64,000 nt of DNA from an uncultured bacterium (lineage in GTDB: Bacteria; Hydrothermota; Tepidihabitantia; Tepidihabitantales; Tepidihabitantaceae), in the NCBI GenBank assembly GCA_964626075.1, contig CAZVDD010000015.1, forward strand, positions 8,773 through 72,772, written 5' to 3'. The notes below the pieces were generated by a model. It saw nothing but the letters and a program-made list of their open reading frames with translations, was not told the origin of the DNA and made no database searches. The position numbers were made by a program, and so were the translations under genes. Positions 38,720 through 48,497 of the stretch are shown here, piece after piece (within the stretch, counting starts at the first letter, position 1; every line of letters starts with the position of its first letter).

Positions 38720-39643
38720 TCACCTTTCAAGCGGTGGCGTGACCCGCTGACCACGCCACTTGCCCGGCGAATTGTCAAACACCTGTACGATATGGTAGAG
38801 GACGGCAATCGATTTCTGGGGTGATGCGCCATGGAAGTAGTCGTGGACGAGGTTGACATATTCAACAACCTGTTTTTCGTAATCGGTCAGATGCGGGTCC
38901 GCAGGGTGGAGTAGCTGGGTGATGGCACGCAACTCATAAGATTTGGGCAGGTCGAGAAAGACGATGGCGACGCCGGGGTCGGTCATCTGATTTAAAAAGG
39001 TGTGGGTTTCGAATGCCGGGTTTGAGTACAGTTCCAGCGATGTTTGCTTGGTAAGGTCAAACAGTTCGGCACCCTGGTTGTAGAGGCTTTCGATGATGGT
39101 GATTTTCATTTCCATTGAGTCGTTCCAAGTGCGCTGGAGGAGGGCAATCATTTCCGGTAGTTTTTCCTTTTTCGGCAGCCAGCCCATCCCTTTGACCGCA
39201 TTGTTGAGGGAGAAGTAAGCGTCGTGGCGTTTTCTGCCATGACTGGCAACGATGCCGTTGTGCGGTCCGGCAATCTCGGGCATATCACCGCTCGAACTTT
39301 TCATCAGGGAGCGGATTTTGCTTAACTGGGCAAGGCGCCGGCTGAAGTTCCAGTTGATAAAACCTTCGGGTAGCGAAACGAGTTTGAACTCTTGCCATTT
39401 TCCTTCAACCCGGGCACGGATGATGCCCGAATCGAGCCGGCTGACATCGATGTTGTCCTGATGGAACCACCCCTGATAACTGCCCTTGCCCGGAGCACGC
39501 GCGCTGGTGTTCGGAACGAACTTCACATCTTTCCAGAAGTTGGTGTCGCTGTGTTCGGGGTTTTCAAACGGCGGCAAACTACCCTCCTTTGCGCTGCTCA
39601 GGGCGGTCAACACAATCAGCAGAACGGGCAGAGTTTTTTTCAT
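38720..39643 (-). CDS. exported hypothetical protein, possibly PNPOx-like split-barrel fold
   Basis: Signal peptide, GGAGG RBS; NNAVKGMG, SLELY...HTFLN, SYELRA, VFDNSP motifs. Confidence 0.5.
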   Translation of the reverse strand: MKKTLPVLLIVLTALSSAKEGSLPPFENPEHSDTNFWKDVKFVPNTSARAPGKGSYQGWFHQDNIDVSRLDSGIIRARVEGKWQEFKLVSLPEGFINWNFSRRLAQLSKIRSLMKSSSGDMPEIAGPHNGIVASHGRKRHDAYFSLNNAVKGMGWLPKKEKLPEMIALLQRTWNDSMEMKITIIESLYNQGAELFDLTKQTSLELYSNPAFETHTFLNQMTDPGVAIVFLDLPKSYELRAITQLLHPADPHLTDYEKQVVEYVNLVHDYFHGASPQKSIAVLYHIVQVFDNSPGKWRGQRVTPPLER

Positions 39644-40133
39644 CTTGACCTCCTAAATGTTGATTTTCAACTGCTGGGCGGGTAATTACTGGTAACCCGG
39701 TGCCCGAATGTGCCCGGTGACGCTCGATGAGCCGGAGGATAACAATGGCGATTAAAAGCCCGATGCCGGCAAGGATTACCGCGGCGCGGTCGTTTAAAAG
39801 GGTCGCACCGATGAGGACGCCGGCAATCATCAGCAAGGCGGGCAGACCAAATATCAACAGACCGGAACGGAGCCGCTCCTTTTCTTCCCGCTGGATATAC
39901 ACTCTGTCTCCTGGTTCGGCACCAATCGGGTTGCGGGCAACAATCGTTCGGGTGCGTTCACAGGACCAGTTACAGAGATGAGCGGCACCACAGTGGCGGC
40001 AGGTGTCTGAAGGGACAACTTCAACCTCAGCCCGGTCGTCGTACACGGTTTTCACAACGCCGGGCTCTTCAGAACCGGTTGGCGCAATTTCTGCGGGCAC
40101 AGAAAATTTTACCGGACCGGCGGTTGAAGTCAA
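39579..40133 (-). CDS. RseC/MucC family protein (start uncertain)
   Basis: E-G-V...CRHCGAAHLC, NPIGAEPGDRV, two C-terminal TM segments. Confidence 0.78.
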   Translation of the reverse strand: MTSTAGPVKFSVPAEIAPTGSEEPGVVKTVYDDRAEVEVVPSDTCRHCGAAHLCNWSCERTRTIVARNPIGAEPGDRVYIQREEKERLRSGLLIFGLPALLMIAGVLIGATLLNDRAAVILAGIGLLIAIVILRLIERHRAHSGTGLPVITRPAVENQHLGGQDEKNSARSADCVDRPEQRKGG

Positions 40134-40158
40134 ACCGATAGGTAAAATAGAACCGATT

Positions 40159-40743
40159 TTATCTCGGGGTGGGCTGGGTGTTATGCTTTCTTTTCCCGCG
40201 GGCAGAAATCTGGATAAGAAATCCAACAATGGCAAGGCCAACCCAGGAGAGCGTAAGCACGGGCGAATTGAAACCGCGCCAGTTCCAATTGGTGTTATGC
40301 ATCAAGAGAGAGAAGATGCCGGTAACTGCCGACCAGGAGCCGATAAAGGCGGTCAAGAGGCAGAGAACCGGACGACTTATTAAAAGGGCGAGAACGCCAC
40401 CCACGACACCGGCAAGTAATTTGATTAAGAGGTGATAGCCCGCAGTGGTACCAATAAAGGTGCGCGCGAGTAAGAGCGCACCGGCGGCGCCGAGCAAAAA
40501 AATCCCCAGTTTTAACAGTAAGGACATCAGAAGAGCACCGACGATTGATAAAACAATGACGATTACGGCGGTTACCGGAACGGTGATGTTGAGGGTCAGG
40601 GCGATGAAACTGCCCAAATAGGCGCCGAGCGCCAGCCCGACAACCACAAGGGTGAACCGAAGCAGACGATAGCCGAAAAAGCATATCAGAATGCCAAGAA
40701 GGGTTGCGGAAATGGCGACGACTGTTAGCCGGCTCGGTTCCAT
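40159..40743 (-). CDS. DUF4203-like membrane protein
   Basis: ICFFGYRL start, Gly-rich TM helices, TAFIGS, G--IQ ending. Confidence 0.7.
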   Translation of the reverse strand: MEPSRLTVVAISATLLGILICFFGYRLLRFTLVVVGLALGAYLGSFIALTLNITVPVTAVIVIVLSIVGALLMSLLLKLGIFLLGAAGALLLARTFIGTTAGYHLLIKLLAGVVGGVLALLISRPVLCLLTAFIGSWSAVTGIFSLLMHNTNWNWRGFNSPVLTLSWVGLAIVGFLIQISARGKRKHNTQPTPR

Positions 40744-40750
40744 CTGCGGG

Positions 40751-40993
40751 TTATCGTTGCCTTTGCCGTTTCTGGCTCAGGACCTCTTTTAACCGCAGTA
40801 CTGTGCCGGACAACATCATAAATACCAAGCCGATGCCAATCAGTACCCCGCCCCATCGGAACCAGGCGTGGAGGTGTAAGAGGTCGTAAAACCTTTGAAA
40901 CAGTAGAATCAGTACGCCGGTCAAGGCAGTTACGAGAACAAAGGGCGCGAGTACCATCCCGACATAGATGTGTGCTTTACGAAGACGCCGCAT
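40751..40993 (-). CDS. small membrane protein (PepSY-associated TM-like)
   Basis: RKAHIYVG...LTG...LH...LSG pattern. Confidence 0.55.
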   Translation of the reverse strand: MRRLRKAHIYVGMVLAPFVLVTALTGVLILLFQRFYDLLHLHAWFRWGGVLIGIGLVFMMLSGTVLRLKEVLSQKRQRQR

Positions 40994-40996
40994 CGT

Positions 40997-41557
40997 TCAC
41001 TCCCCGGTGTAACGGTTGAGGAACATCACTTTTTCCTGAGGAAGCCGCTCGGGACGGGTTTTTTCCCATTCCACCTGCTTTTCGGATAGGACCGGGCTGA
41101 TGGTGGTGGCGTGTTTTCCAATCAGAATCAGGGTAATGATGTTAAACCGTTCCGGGATGTTGAGGAGTTCGCGCACCTTTTTGGGGCTGTAACCGGCAAT
41201 GGGGTGGGCAACAAGTCCCAGTTCAGTTGCCCGCAGGATGAGAAAGGCGGTCTGGATTCCGGTGTCAAAAAGGTAGTACTCCCGGTCGTGGATGATGCAG
41301 TCCGCCTCTTTTTCGGCAAACACCGCAACGACCATTGAGGCGGCAAAGCACCACTCGTTTCCCTTGCTGAAGGCGGGTTTCAGTTGCTCAAGAAGCGCCG
41401 GGTCGTAGACAAACACAAACCGTGCCGGCTGATTGTTGAAACAGGTAGGCGCCAACTGGGCACAATGGGTCAGGTCTTGAATCAACCGCTCGTTAATTGC
41501 AACCGGTGCCAGCGAGCGGTAAGCACGGCGCGAGTTAATTGCTTCTGATACTGTCAT
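40997..41557 (-). CDS. nitroreductase family protein
   Basis: AINSRRAYR, APTCFNNQP, LRATELGL. Confidence 0.88.
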   Translation of the reverse strand: MTVSEAINSRRAYRSLAPVAINERLIQDLTHCAQLAPTCFNNQPARFVFVYDPALLEQLKPAFSKGNEWCFAASMVVAVFAEKEADCIIHDREYYLFDTGIQTAFLILRATELGLVAHPIAGYSPKKVRELLNIPERFNIITLILIGKHATTISPVLSEKQVEWEKTRPERLPQEKVMFLNRYTGE

Positions 41558-41776
41558 TTTAACCTCCATTACCGGTAAGTTTACTGTTTGCCATAAACCG
41601 GTCAATAAAATTAAGAAGAGCGGTCAACCCGTTTTGCTTATCTTTAGCCCAACTCCTGAATGGTAAAAAGTCAAAATGGTGTTTCCGGTTCAGTATACTT
41701 TAAAGTATAACACCGGAAATTGCCGGTTTTCACATAAGGTATTGTTAATTAGTATGTTAGCCAATAGGAGCGAACT

Positions 41777-41824
41777 TTTCCCTGCCCAACCCCGGTACGG
41801 TCTCGGGGATGGTATGGGATATTG
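41777..41824. repeat. intergenic repeat, copy 2
   Basis: 38/48 identical to 21372..21419. Confidence 0.65.
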
Positions 41825-42132
41825 GGGCACGGGCGGTTTCTGTGGTGAATCGGGCAACACAATTGGGGTTTTTCTAATGGTCAAACACAATTACAGGGGG
41901 CGACTGAAAGGCGAGCGGTTTTTCCGATTCGGAAGGTGGTACTGGTCAAGGGTAGGTGGGAACAGTTTTTACTACCATTGTCGGTCTAACCGACATCGGT
42001 TTTGACGGTTGTGATTTGACCGGGGTTCAAGAACAGCCAGCAATAATTACAGAACGGCGCTGATGTTCGGGTCGGGGTTTACCTGTCAGGGCAGAGCCGA
42101 TTAACTTCGCCCTTTATTTCAGAATAAAAAAT

Positions 42133-42161
42133 TTGACAAAGGCTGTTTTTAAGTCTATAAT
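42133..42161 (+). promoter_or_regulatory. consensus sigma70 promoter
   Basis: TTGACA-17 nt-TATAAT. Confidence 0.8.
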
Positions 42162-42167
42162 AAAGTT

Positions 42168-42313
42168 GATAGGGCTAACCCCGGAGAGGGGAATCGGTTT
42201 AAGATGCTGGCATTAGTCTAGTCTGACTAAGCGATTCCCAAAATTGTCGGTTTAAGCCCGTCCTGGCGCAGAGGTTTAATCTCTATGCTCGCTGGTTAGC
42301 AGGGCATAGTTTT
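42168..42313 (+). promoter_or_regulatory. candidate structured 5' leader (riboswitch/attenuator-like) with terminator hairpin
   Basis: Nested stems GGGCT/AGCCC, GGGAATCG/CGATTCCC, TTAGTC/GACTAA, then CTATGCTC/GGGCATAG followed by TTTT. Confidence 0.5.
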
Positions 42314-42381
42314 GGGGAGTAATCGCCGACGCCGCTTCAGGGCGGCAAGGCAGTGAAGATGATGTTTAAAGGAGGCTTGAG

Positions 42382-43206
42382 ATGGCAATAAAGACCGTTG
42401 ACAGTGGCGCTTTGACCCGGCGCCGGACCGGGGCAGCAGCCACATTTAAATGGGAACCAGCCAAAGTTGGGCCAAGGTTCGAATGGCTGGATTATGAAAC
42501 CATCCGGATTCTTGAAGGTGGGCTCGCGGGCAAAATCCTTGGGGTGAAAACTGAGGTTTTGCGCCATACAGCGACTGTTTCCCTTTATGATGAAGCGAAA
42601 CAAATCGGCATCGTGTCAATTGAACGGGACCCACCGGGTAAAGGCATAATCCTTTGGGATGCCGGGATTAAGGAGCGTTACCGCCAGAACGGGCTTGCCG
42701 CGATAATGACCTGGATTATATTTCGGGAACTTTTGATGGTTCAGGATGTCGCCACCTTTCGAATTCGGATGGTACGGTCGCTCAAAACCGGCGATAACGG
42801 TACCGAGATACAGAATGTCGGGATGGGCATAATTGCCGTGCGGTTTGGTTTTACTCCGGAACTCAATCTGCGCCAGCTGCTAACCATAGATTATATTACC
42901 GGCATTGAAGTTTTGCCGGCAGCGAATGGCAATCCCCCGGCATTAAAGGTCAATTTGAACCGGGACCCGTTTGTGCTGGTGGCGTTTGTGCTCGATCCGG
43001 ATACGATGAAACCAATCAACGACTTCCGTACCTATCTTGAGTTAAAGCGAGACGACCTCGTTATTCACGAATGGGCGGAGCGGGGGGCGCTTGCTGTCAA
43101 CGGTAATTATGTGTTGCGCGAGCCTCAGGTGAACCATTTTGTGAACCGGATTGCGGTGAGCGAAACCGAGGCGCTCATCTTTCGGGAAAAGATTCGCGGC
43201 TTATAA
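42382..43206 (+). CDS. hypothetical protein with GNAT-like acetyl-CoA binding motif
   Basis: AAGGAGG RBS; ILWDAGIKERYRQNGLAA resembles GNAT motif A. Confidence 0.55.
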   Translation: MAIKTVDSGALTRRRTGAAATFKWEPAKVGPRFEWLDYETIRILEGGLAGKILGVKTEVLRHTATVSLYDEAKQIGIVSIERDPPGKGIILWDAGIKERYRQNGLAAIMTWIIFRELLMVQDVATFRIRMVRSLKTGDNGTEIQNVGMGIIAVRFGFTPELNLRQLLTIDYITGIEVLPAANGNPPALKVNLNRDPFVLVAFVLDPDTMKPINDFRTYLELKRDDLVIHEWAERGALAVNGNYVLREPQVNHFVNRIAVSETEALIFREKIRGL

Positions 43207-43277
43207 AGTAAGTAAAAACAATTTTAACCCCGGTCGCGGTCCTTTGATAGGCAGCGCTTTTTTGTTATTATTAATCG

Positions 43278-44174
43278 ATGGCGGTTGATAACCACCGCTC
43301 AAACCGACAGGGTAAGAGTCTGCTCATCGCGCTGGGTTTGAATTTGTTTTTTGCTGGCGCCGAGGCGGTAATCGGCTTCTTTGCCAATTCACTGGTGCTA
43401 TTGGCGAGCGCCCTGCATGATGCCGGCGATGCGGTGGCGCTGGCGATTTCTTATCTGGGCTGGCGCCTGGCGCTTTTACCACCGAGTCAGCGGCGGACCT
43501 TTGGTTATCGGAAGGTGCGAATTCTTGTGGCGTTTGTCAATGCCCTGGGTTTGGTAGTGTTTACGGTATTCGTGCTCCGGGCGGCGGTTTTGCGGTTGTT
43601 AAATCCCGAACCGGTCACAGGTTCGTTGCTGGTGGTGATGGCGGTGCTGGGCATTATTGTCAATGGTGGGGCGGTTGGGGTTTTGTCCCGGCATCGCCAT
43701 TCGCTGAACATCCGTGCTGCGCTCTGGCATCTCCTTGACGACCTTTTGGGGTTTATCAGCGTGCTGGTGGGGGGCGTAATAATTCACTTTACCGGCTGGT
43801 ATTTCATCGACCCGCTGCTCTCAATTGGGGTGAGCGGGCTGGTGCTCTATGGCATCTGGCGGGTGTTTCGCCAGTCGGTTAGCATACTGATCGATGCAAC
43901 GCCCGGCGACTTGAAGTTTGAAGATGTGCGGGAGTTTATCTTGAACTATTCGCCGGTGATTAGCGGTGTCCACGACCTGCACATCTGGACGATTGGTGAG
44001 GAGGAGCGGGCGCTGATAGCGCATCTGGTTGTAAACGATGGGCGGGTGAGCGAATTTCATCCGGTGCTTGCCGGTCTGGACTGCGCCCTGCGGGAAAAGT
44101 TCAAAATTACCCATACCACCTTTGAACTGGAGTGCGGCGGCTGCAAGTCCGAAGATAAGGTGTGCCTTAGTTAA
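43278..44174 (+). CDS. cation diffusion facilitator (CzcD/ZitB-like)
   Basis: ALHDAGD, TFGYRK, LNIRAALWHLLDD, VHDLHIW, HTTFELE. Confidence 0.92.
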   Translation: MAVDNHRSNRQGKSLLIALGLNLFFAGAEAVIGFFANSLVLLASALHDAGDAVALAISYLGWRLALLPPSQRRTFGYRKVRILVAFVNALGLVVFTVFVLRAAVLRLLNPEPVTGSLLVVMAVLGIIVNGGAVGVLSRHRHSLNIRAALWHLLDDLLGFISVLVGGVIIHFTGWYFIDPLLSIGVSGLVLYGIWRVFRQSVSILIDATPGDLKFEDVREFILNYSPVISGVHDLHIWTIGEEERALIAHLVVNDGRVSEFHPVLAGLDCALREKFKITHTTFELECGGCKSEDKVCLS

Positions 44175-44251
44175 ATTTCGGACCGGGCTAAATCGCAGTC
44201 CAGGAGTTGCGGCACGGAAGACAGCAACATTTTACGGCAAAGTAAAGGGCG

Positions 44252-46666
44252 TTACAAGCGCGTGCGGCGCAGACGCAGGGAGTTGGTGACAACGTTGAGG
44301 GAGGAAAGCGCCATCGCCGCTTCGGCAATTATCGGGTGCAGTAAGCCAAGGGTCGCGAGCGGAATTGTTAGGAGGTTGTAGAACAGCGCCCAGAAAAGGT
44401 TTTGCTTAATCTTTTTAAATGTCGCGCGGGACAGTTTTACCGCTTTGACCACACCGCTGAGTTCGCCCCGAATCAAAGTTACATCCGAGGCGGCGATTGC
44501 GACATCGGTGCCGGTGCCGAGGGCGATGCCAACATCGGCCGCTTTGAGCGCCGGGGCGTCGTTGATGCCGTCGCCGACCATCGCTACCGTGCCCAACTCA
44601 GCACGCAGTTGTTCGATTGCTTTTTGCTTCGCGGCGGGCAGGACGCCGGCGATGAAGCGGTCGATACCAACCTGACGGGCGATGATGGCCGCAGTTTGCG
44701 GATTGTCACCGGTGAGCATTAGCGGCGTGATGCTTAGGTTTTTGAGCTCGGCAATCGCCGGCGCGGCATCGGGTTTTGGGGTGTCGGCGACAACGATTAC
44801 CCCTAAGGGGTGGTGTCGGGTGGCGACATAGAGCAGGGTGTTGTTTGTTTCGCTGGCATTCACAAGCGATTCTAACGGCGCGGGGTCGATGCCGAGATTT
44901 TTTATCAGTTCTAATTTGCCGACCGCAACCAGTTCATCTGCCACCAGACCGGTTACACCGAGCCCGGGTTGGGCGGTGATTGCGGTTGCGGGCAGCGGGG
45001 TCACATTTGCCTCTTTTGCGGCCTGAATCACGGCACGGGCAAGGAGATGTTCTGAACCCTGCTCCACGGCACTGGCAAGGGCAAGGAGGTGCTCCTTTGT
45101 CGTACCGGGTAAAGGCAGGATGTTGACCACCCGGGGTTTACCTTGTGTGATGGTGCCGGTTTTGTCAAAAACAATCGCCTTGACCCGGCGCAGGGTTTGC
45201 AGGGCGTCGCCGGAACGGAAGATAATCCCTTTACCGGCAGCAACTCCGCTGGCAACCATCAATGCGGTTGGCGTTGCCAGACCAAGGGCACAGGGGCAGG
45301 CAATCACGAGGACCGCAATACCGGCAAACAGGGCAAGGGAAAGCCGGGAAAGTTCGGGATTGACCCAGGGCAGAAGGGTGTGCGCCCAAATGAGAAGCGG
45401 TTTAAGGTTCGGGGCAAAAAAGAACCACAGGAGTGCGGTCAGAAGGGCAAGGGTGATGATAACCGGTACAAACCAGGCGGTGATACGGTCGGCAAGCGCC
45501 TGAATCGGAATCTTTTTGCTCTGTGCCTCCTCGACCAGGCGAATCACCTGAGAAAGAAAGGTGTCTTTGCCGACCCGGGTTACGGCAACCTTGATAAATC
45601 CGGTCTGGTTGATAGTTGCGCCAATCACCTCATCGCCCGGCTTGCGCTCCACGGGCAGCGATTCGCCGGTTGCCATTGACTCATCAACCGCAGTTAGCCC
45701 CTCGACGATTTTGCCATCGGTCGGGATTTTCTCGCCCGGGCGCACGAGCATAATGTCGCCCGGTTTTAATCGGTTGACCGGCACTTCCACCTCAACGCCA
45801 TTGACAAGGATGCGAGCGGTGCGCGCACCCAGCGCCATCAGTTTGCGAATCGCATCCGCGGCTTTGCCCTTTGCCCGCGCTTCAAGAAATCTACCGGTGA
45901 GATAAACCGCGAGGAGCATCCCGGCAACTCTGCCCAGGTTTTCTACCTTTAAACCGAGAAGGACGGCAACGCCCGAAATGAGCGCCGCAATAGTACCAAG
46001 ACTGATTAACACATCCATTGATGCGGCACCGACCTTTACCGAGTTGAAGGCGCTTTTCAAGGTGTTTCTTCCCGGTCCGAACAGGACCGCAAAGCCAAAT
46101 ATCAGTTCTATTGCCGTCATTATTGACATCGGGAGATGAAACAGCCCGGTAAGGTGAAGAACCATCAAAACCATCGGGGGAACAACCAGAATCCAGGCCC
46201 AGACCATACGGCGTTTTGCCCGGTTCAGTTCGCGGGCGATTGTGGTTGGGTCCTCCTTTATCGTGCGTAGTTCGTAACCGGCATCGGCAAGCGCCTTTTC
46301 GAACTGTTCGACGGAAGCAGTTTTTGGGTCAAATTCAACTATCGCCTCTTCGGCGGCAAAGTTTACTTGTGCCAGCACAACACCGGGTAGTTTGGTTAGC
46401 GCCTTTTCAACGGTTCGGGCGCAACCGGCGCAGTGCATCCCACCAACACTTAAAATTGCGGTTTCGGTATTTTTCCCGGCAAGTGGTTTCTCCATTTTCC
46501 GGGGGGTGTCAGGATTCAAAAACTGTTCGGGGTTAGCCTGAAACAGTTTAAGACAGTTTCTACTACAGAAGTAGTAAATTTTTCCCCCATATTCCCAGCT
46601 GCCCGCTTCAGTTCCTTCGGCTACCTCCATCCCGCAGACCGTGTCAATGTGAATCTTATCTGCCAT
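44252..46666 (-). CDS. copA: copper-translocating P1B-type ATPase with YHS and HMA domains
   Basis: YHS-like N-terminus, [36 protein letters not shown] and MALSS motifs. Confidence 0.9.
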   Translation of the reverse strand: MADKIHIDTVCGMEVAEGTEAGSWEYGGKIYYFCSRNCLKLFQANPEQFLNPDTPRKMEKPLAGKNTETAILSVGGMHCAGCARTVEKALTKLPGVVLAQVNFAAEEAIVEFDPKTASVEQFEKALADAGYELRTIKEDPTTIARELNRAKRRMVWAWILVVPPMVLMVLHLTGLFHLPMSIMTAIELIFGFAVLFGPGRNTLKSAFNSVKVGAASMDVLISLGTIAALISGVAVLLGLKVENLGRVAGMLLAVYLTGRFLEARAKGKAADAIRKLMALGARTARILVNGVEVEVPVNRLKPGDIMLVRPGEKIPTDGKIVEGLTAVDESMATGESLPVERKPGDEVIGATINQTGFIKVAVTRVGKDTFLSQVIRLVEEAQSKKIPIQALADRITAWFVPVIITLALLTALLWFFFAPNLKPLLIWAHTLLPWVNPELSRLSLALFAGIAVLVIACPCALGLATPTALMVASGVAAGKGIIFRSGDALQTLRRVKAIVFDKTGTITQGKPRVVNILPLPGTTKEHLLALASAVEQGSEHLLARAVIQAAKEANVTPLPATAITAQPGLGVTGLVADELVAVGKLELIKNLGIDPAPLESLVNASETNNTLLYVATRHHPLGVIVVADTPKPDAAPAIAELKNLSITPLMLTGDNPQTAAIIARQVGIDRFIAGVLPAAKQKAIEQLRAELGTVAMVGDGINDAPALKAADVGIALGTGTDVAIAASDVTLIRGELSGVVKAVKLSRATFKKIKQNLFWALFYNLLTIPLATLGLLHPIIAEAAMALSSLNVVTNSLRLRRTRL

Positions 46667-46718
46667 ACCTATTAGACTTATAAAATTTGGTAAACGGTGC
46701 CCAACAGGAGGGTGCCTC

Positions 46719-48224
46719 TTAACGCCCGAGATAAACGATGCGCAACCGCAGGGTTCGGGCAGTGGTGCGTATCAAAATGTGGTAAACGCCCGGCTCAATT
46801 GCGCGGTCGGGTTGCCACTTAATGAGATTTGAACTGAAAGTCAAGCCGTTTTCCGGTGCGCGGGCACGGATTCTACCGCTTTTGTCAACAATCATTACCT
46901 GCGACACATTTTCCGGGACATTGACAGTAAAAGTAGTTCGGAATGGGTTGGGGGTCAAAAGGAGTTGTTTCTGGACCGTACCCCTGTTTTCGGCAATGCC
47001 AATTGGTCCCCAGCGGGCAACAATTTGATAAGGAACACCGTTGAGGACGTCAACCCGGCCGGAATAGACCGGAAAACTGTCGCCCGACGCCGTAACTGTG
47101 GTAGCACACTCCACGCCGACAAACCAGCGGCCCGAGATTGGGAAGTTTACCCGAAGGAGTTTGATGTTGCCCGGGTTTGTGTCCGCATACTCGGCAACAG
47201 AGCGAAAGGCGAAATCGCCCGGGTGGAGATACAGGTTAAAATCGGTGGAGTCAGCACCGATGAGATATACGGTCAGGGTTTCACAGCCCGGCGGGATGTC
47301 ACAGGCAAAGTGGTGATACTGCCGGTCGCCAATCATAACGAATGCCGGATCGCTACCGGTGGGCTGGTTTATCACCCGGGGCACACCATTGGCGAGGATA
47401 CCTTTAAGGCGCGGCGCACCTTGACCGTCAAGGGCATAACTAATCATCCCCATCATAAACTGCAGCCGCTCGCCGTAACTGTACCCTTCGGGATGGGAAC
47501 CGGTGAGTACAATACGACCGCTGGTGTCCGCCCCCTTCCATGCCCAGCAACTAACTTTGCGATGCGCCCGATGCCCGGTGGTGTCGTAGCGGAGCAGGAT
47601 TTCTGTTTCGGGCGGAAAGTCAAGCGACTCATTGGCGAAGCAGCCACCATTGTGAGGGACGCGGGCGATGTAATAATCGCCGCCAAAGTTGTAGTAGCGC
47701 AACAAGGGTGACGATTCCGGGACAAAATGGCCTGTTGCCGATGAGGTGATACCGGTCGCCTTTACCCTTCCGGGCCAGAGATGATAGAAGTAGGGGAAAA
47801 CACCGCTGTCTTGATGACTCAGGGCGGCAAGGTAGGCACCGGCACAGGTGCCGATGTATGTGCCACCCCGGGCGCAAAAGTCGCGGATGCGTTGCCGTCC
47901 TGTATCGCCAAGGGCTCTGCCATGGCGGCCCGCATCGCCGCCATTGGTGTAGAGGAGCCGAAAACGCGGCGCGCCATCCGGATAGAGAAGATAACCGTTG
48001 GCGTCAGCCGGGTTATTGACCATAATGGATTGCATCAGTGCACTGTCGTCGTGGGCGAGGAGTTCCATCGTTAGGCCCAGGCTTTCCGCAGCGTAAAGTC
48101 GTAGGCGATGGGTCAAGCCGGTGCCGCCGTCCATAAAAATGTCTTTGTAAAAACCCTCAGTTGCTAAAGTGGGGAAGAGGCAAGCGGGCAGGATGATTAA
48201 AAGTAGGTGTTTTGAGCACCGCAA
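46719..48224 (-). CDS. secreted protein with BPL-N/class I glutamine-amidotransferase-like domain, PPC-like domain and T9SS-like C-terminal domain
   Basis: [30 protein letters not shown]...GRWFVGV, PNPF...PGVY. Confidence 0.7.
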   Translation of the reverse strand: MRCSKHLLLIILPACLFPTLATEGFYKDIFMDGGTGLTHRLRLYAAESLGLTMELLAHDDSALMQSIMVNNPADANGYLLYPDGAPRFRLLYTNGGDAGRHGRALGDTGRQRIRDFCARGGTYIGTCAGAYLAALSHQDSGVFPYFYHLWPGRVKATGITSSATGHFVPESSPLLRYYNFGGDYYIARVPHNGGCFANESLDFPPETEILLRYDTTGHRAHRKVSCWAWKGADTSGRIVLTGSHPEGYSYGERLQFMMGMISYALDGQGAPRLKGILANGVPRVINQPTGSDPAFVMIGDRQYHHFACDIPPGCETLTVYLIGADSTDFNLYLHPGDFAFRSVAEYADTNPGNIKLLRVNFPISGRWFVGVECATTVTASGDSFPVYSGRVDVLNGVPYQIVARWGPIGIAENRGTVQKQLLLTPNPFRTTFTVNVPENVSQVMIVDKSGRIRARAPENGLTFSSNLIKWQPDRAIEPGVYHILIRTTARTLRLRIVYLGR

Positions 48225-48497
48225 CGGAAAATTATATATAGCGGTTATCGGATGTAAATAATGGGGATTTGAGGAAAGGGAAAAAGGTTGTTCTGATTAA
48301 ATAAACTGGCGGTGTGTATTTGAAAAAATCCGAACCGATTTTATTAACGGGCTCGGCGTGCGCAAGGGCAAAGACCGACCCCCCTTTCCGCCCGCTTCGC
48401 CAAAAAGCGGAAGCGGAAAGGACGATTTCAAGTTTTTCGCAGACAGTAGGCCGCAACGAAAATCATACCTAATTTTCCCCTTTGGCGGCAAATTTTC

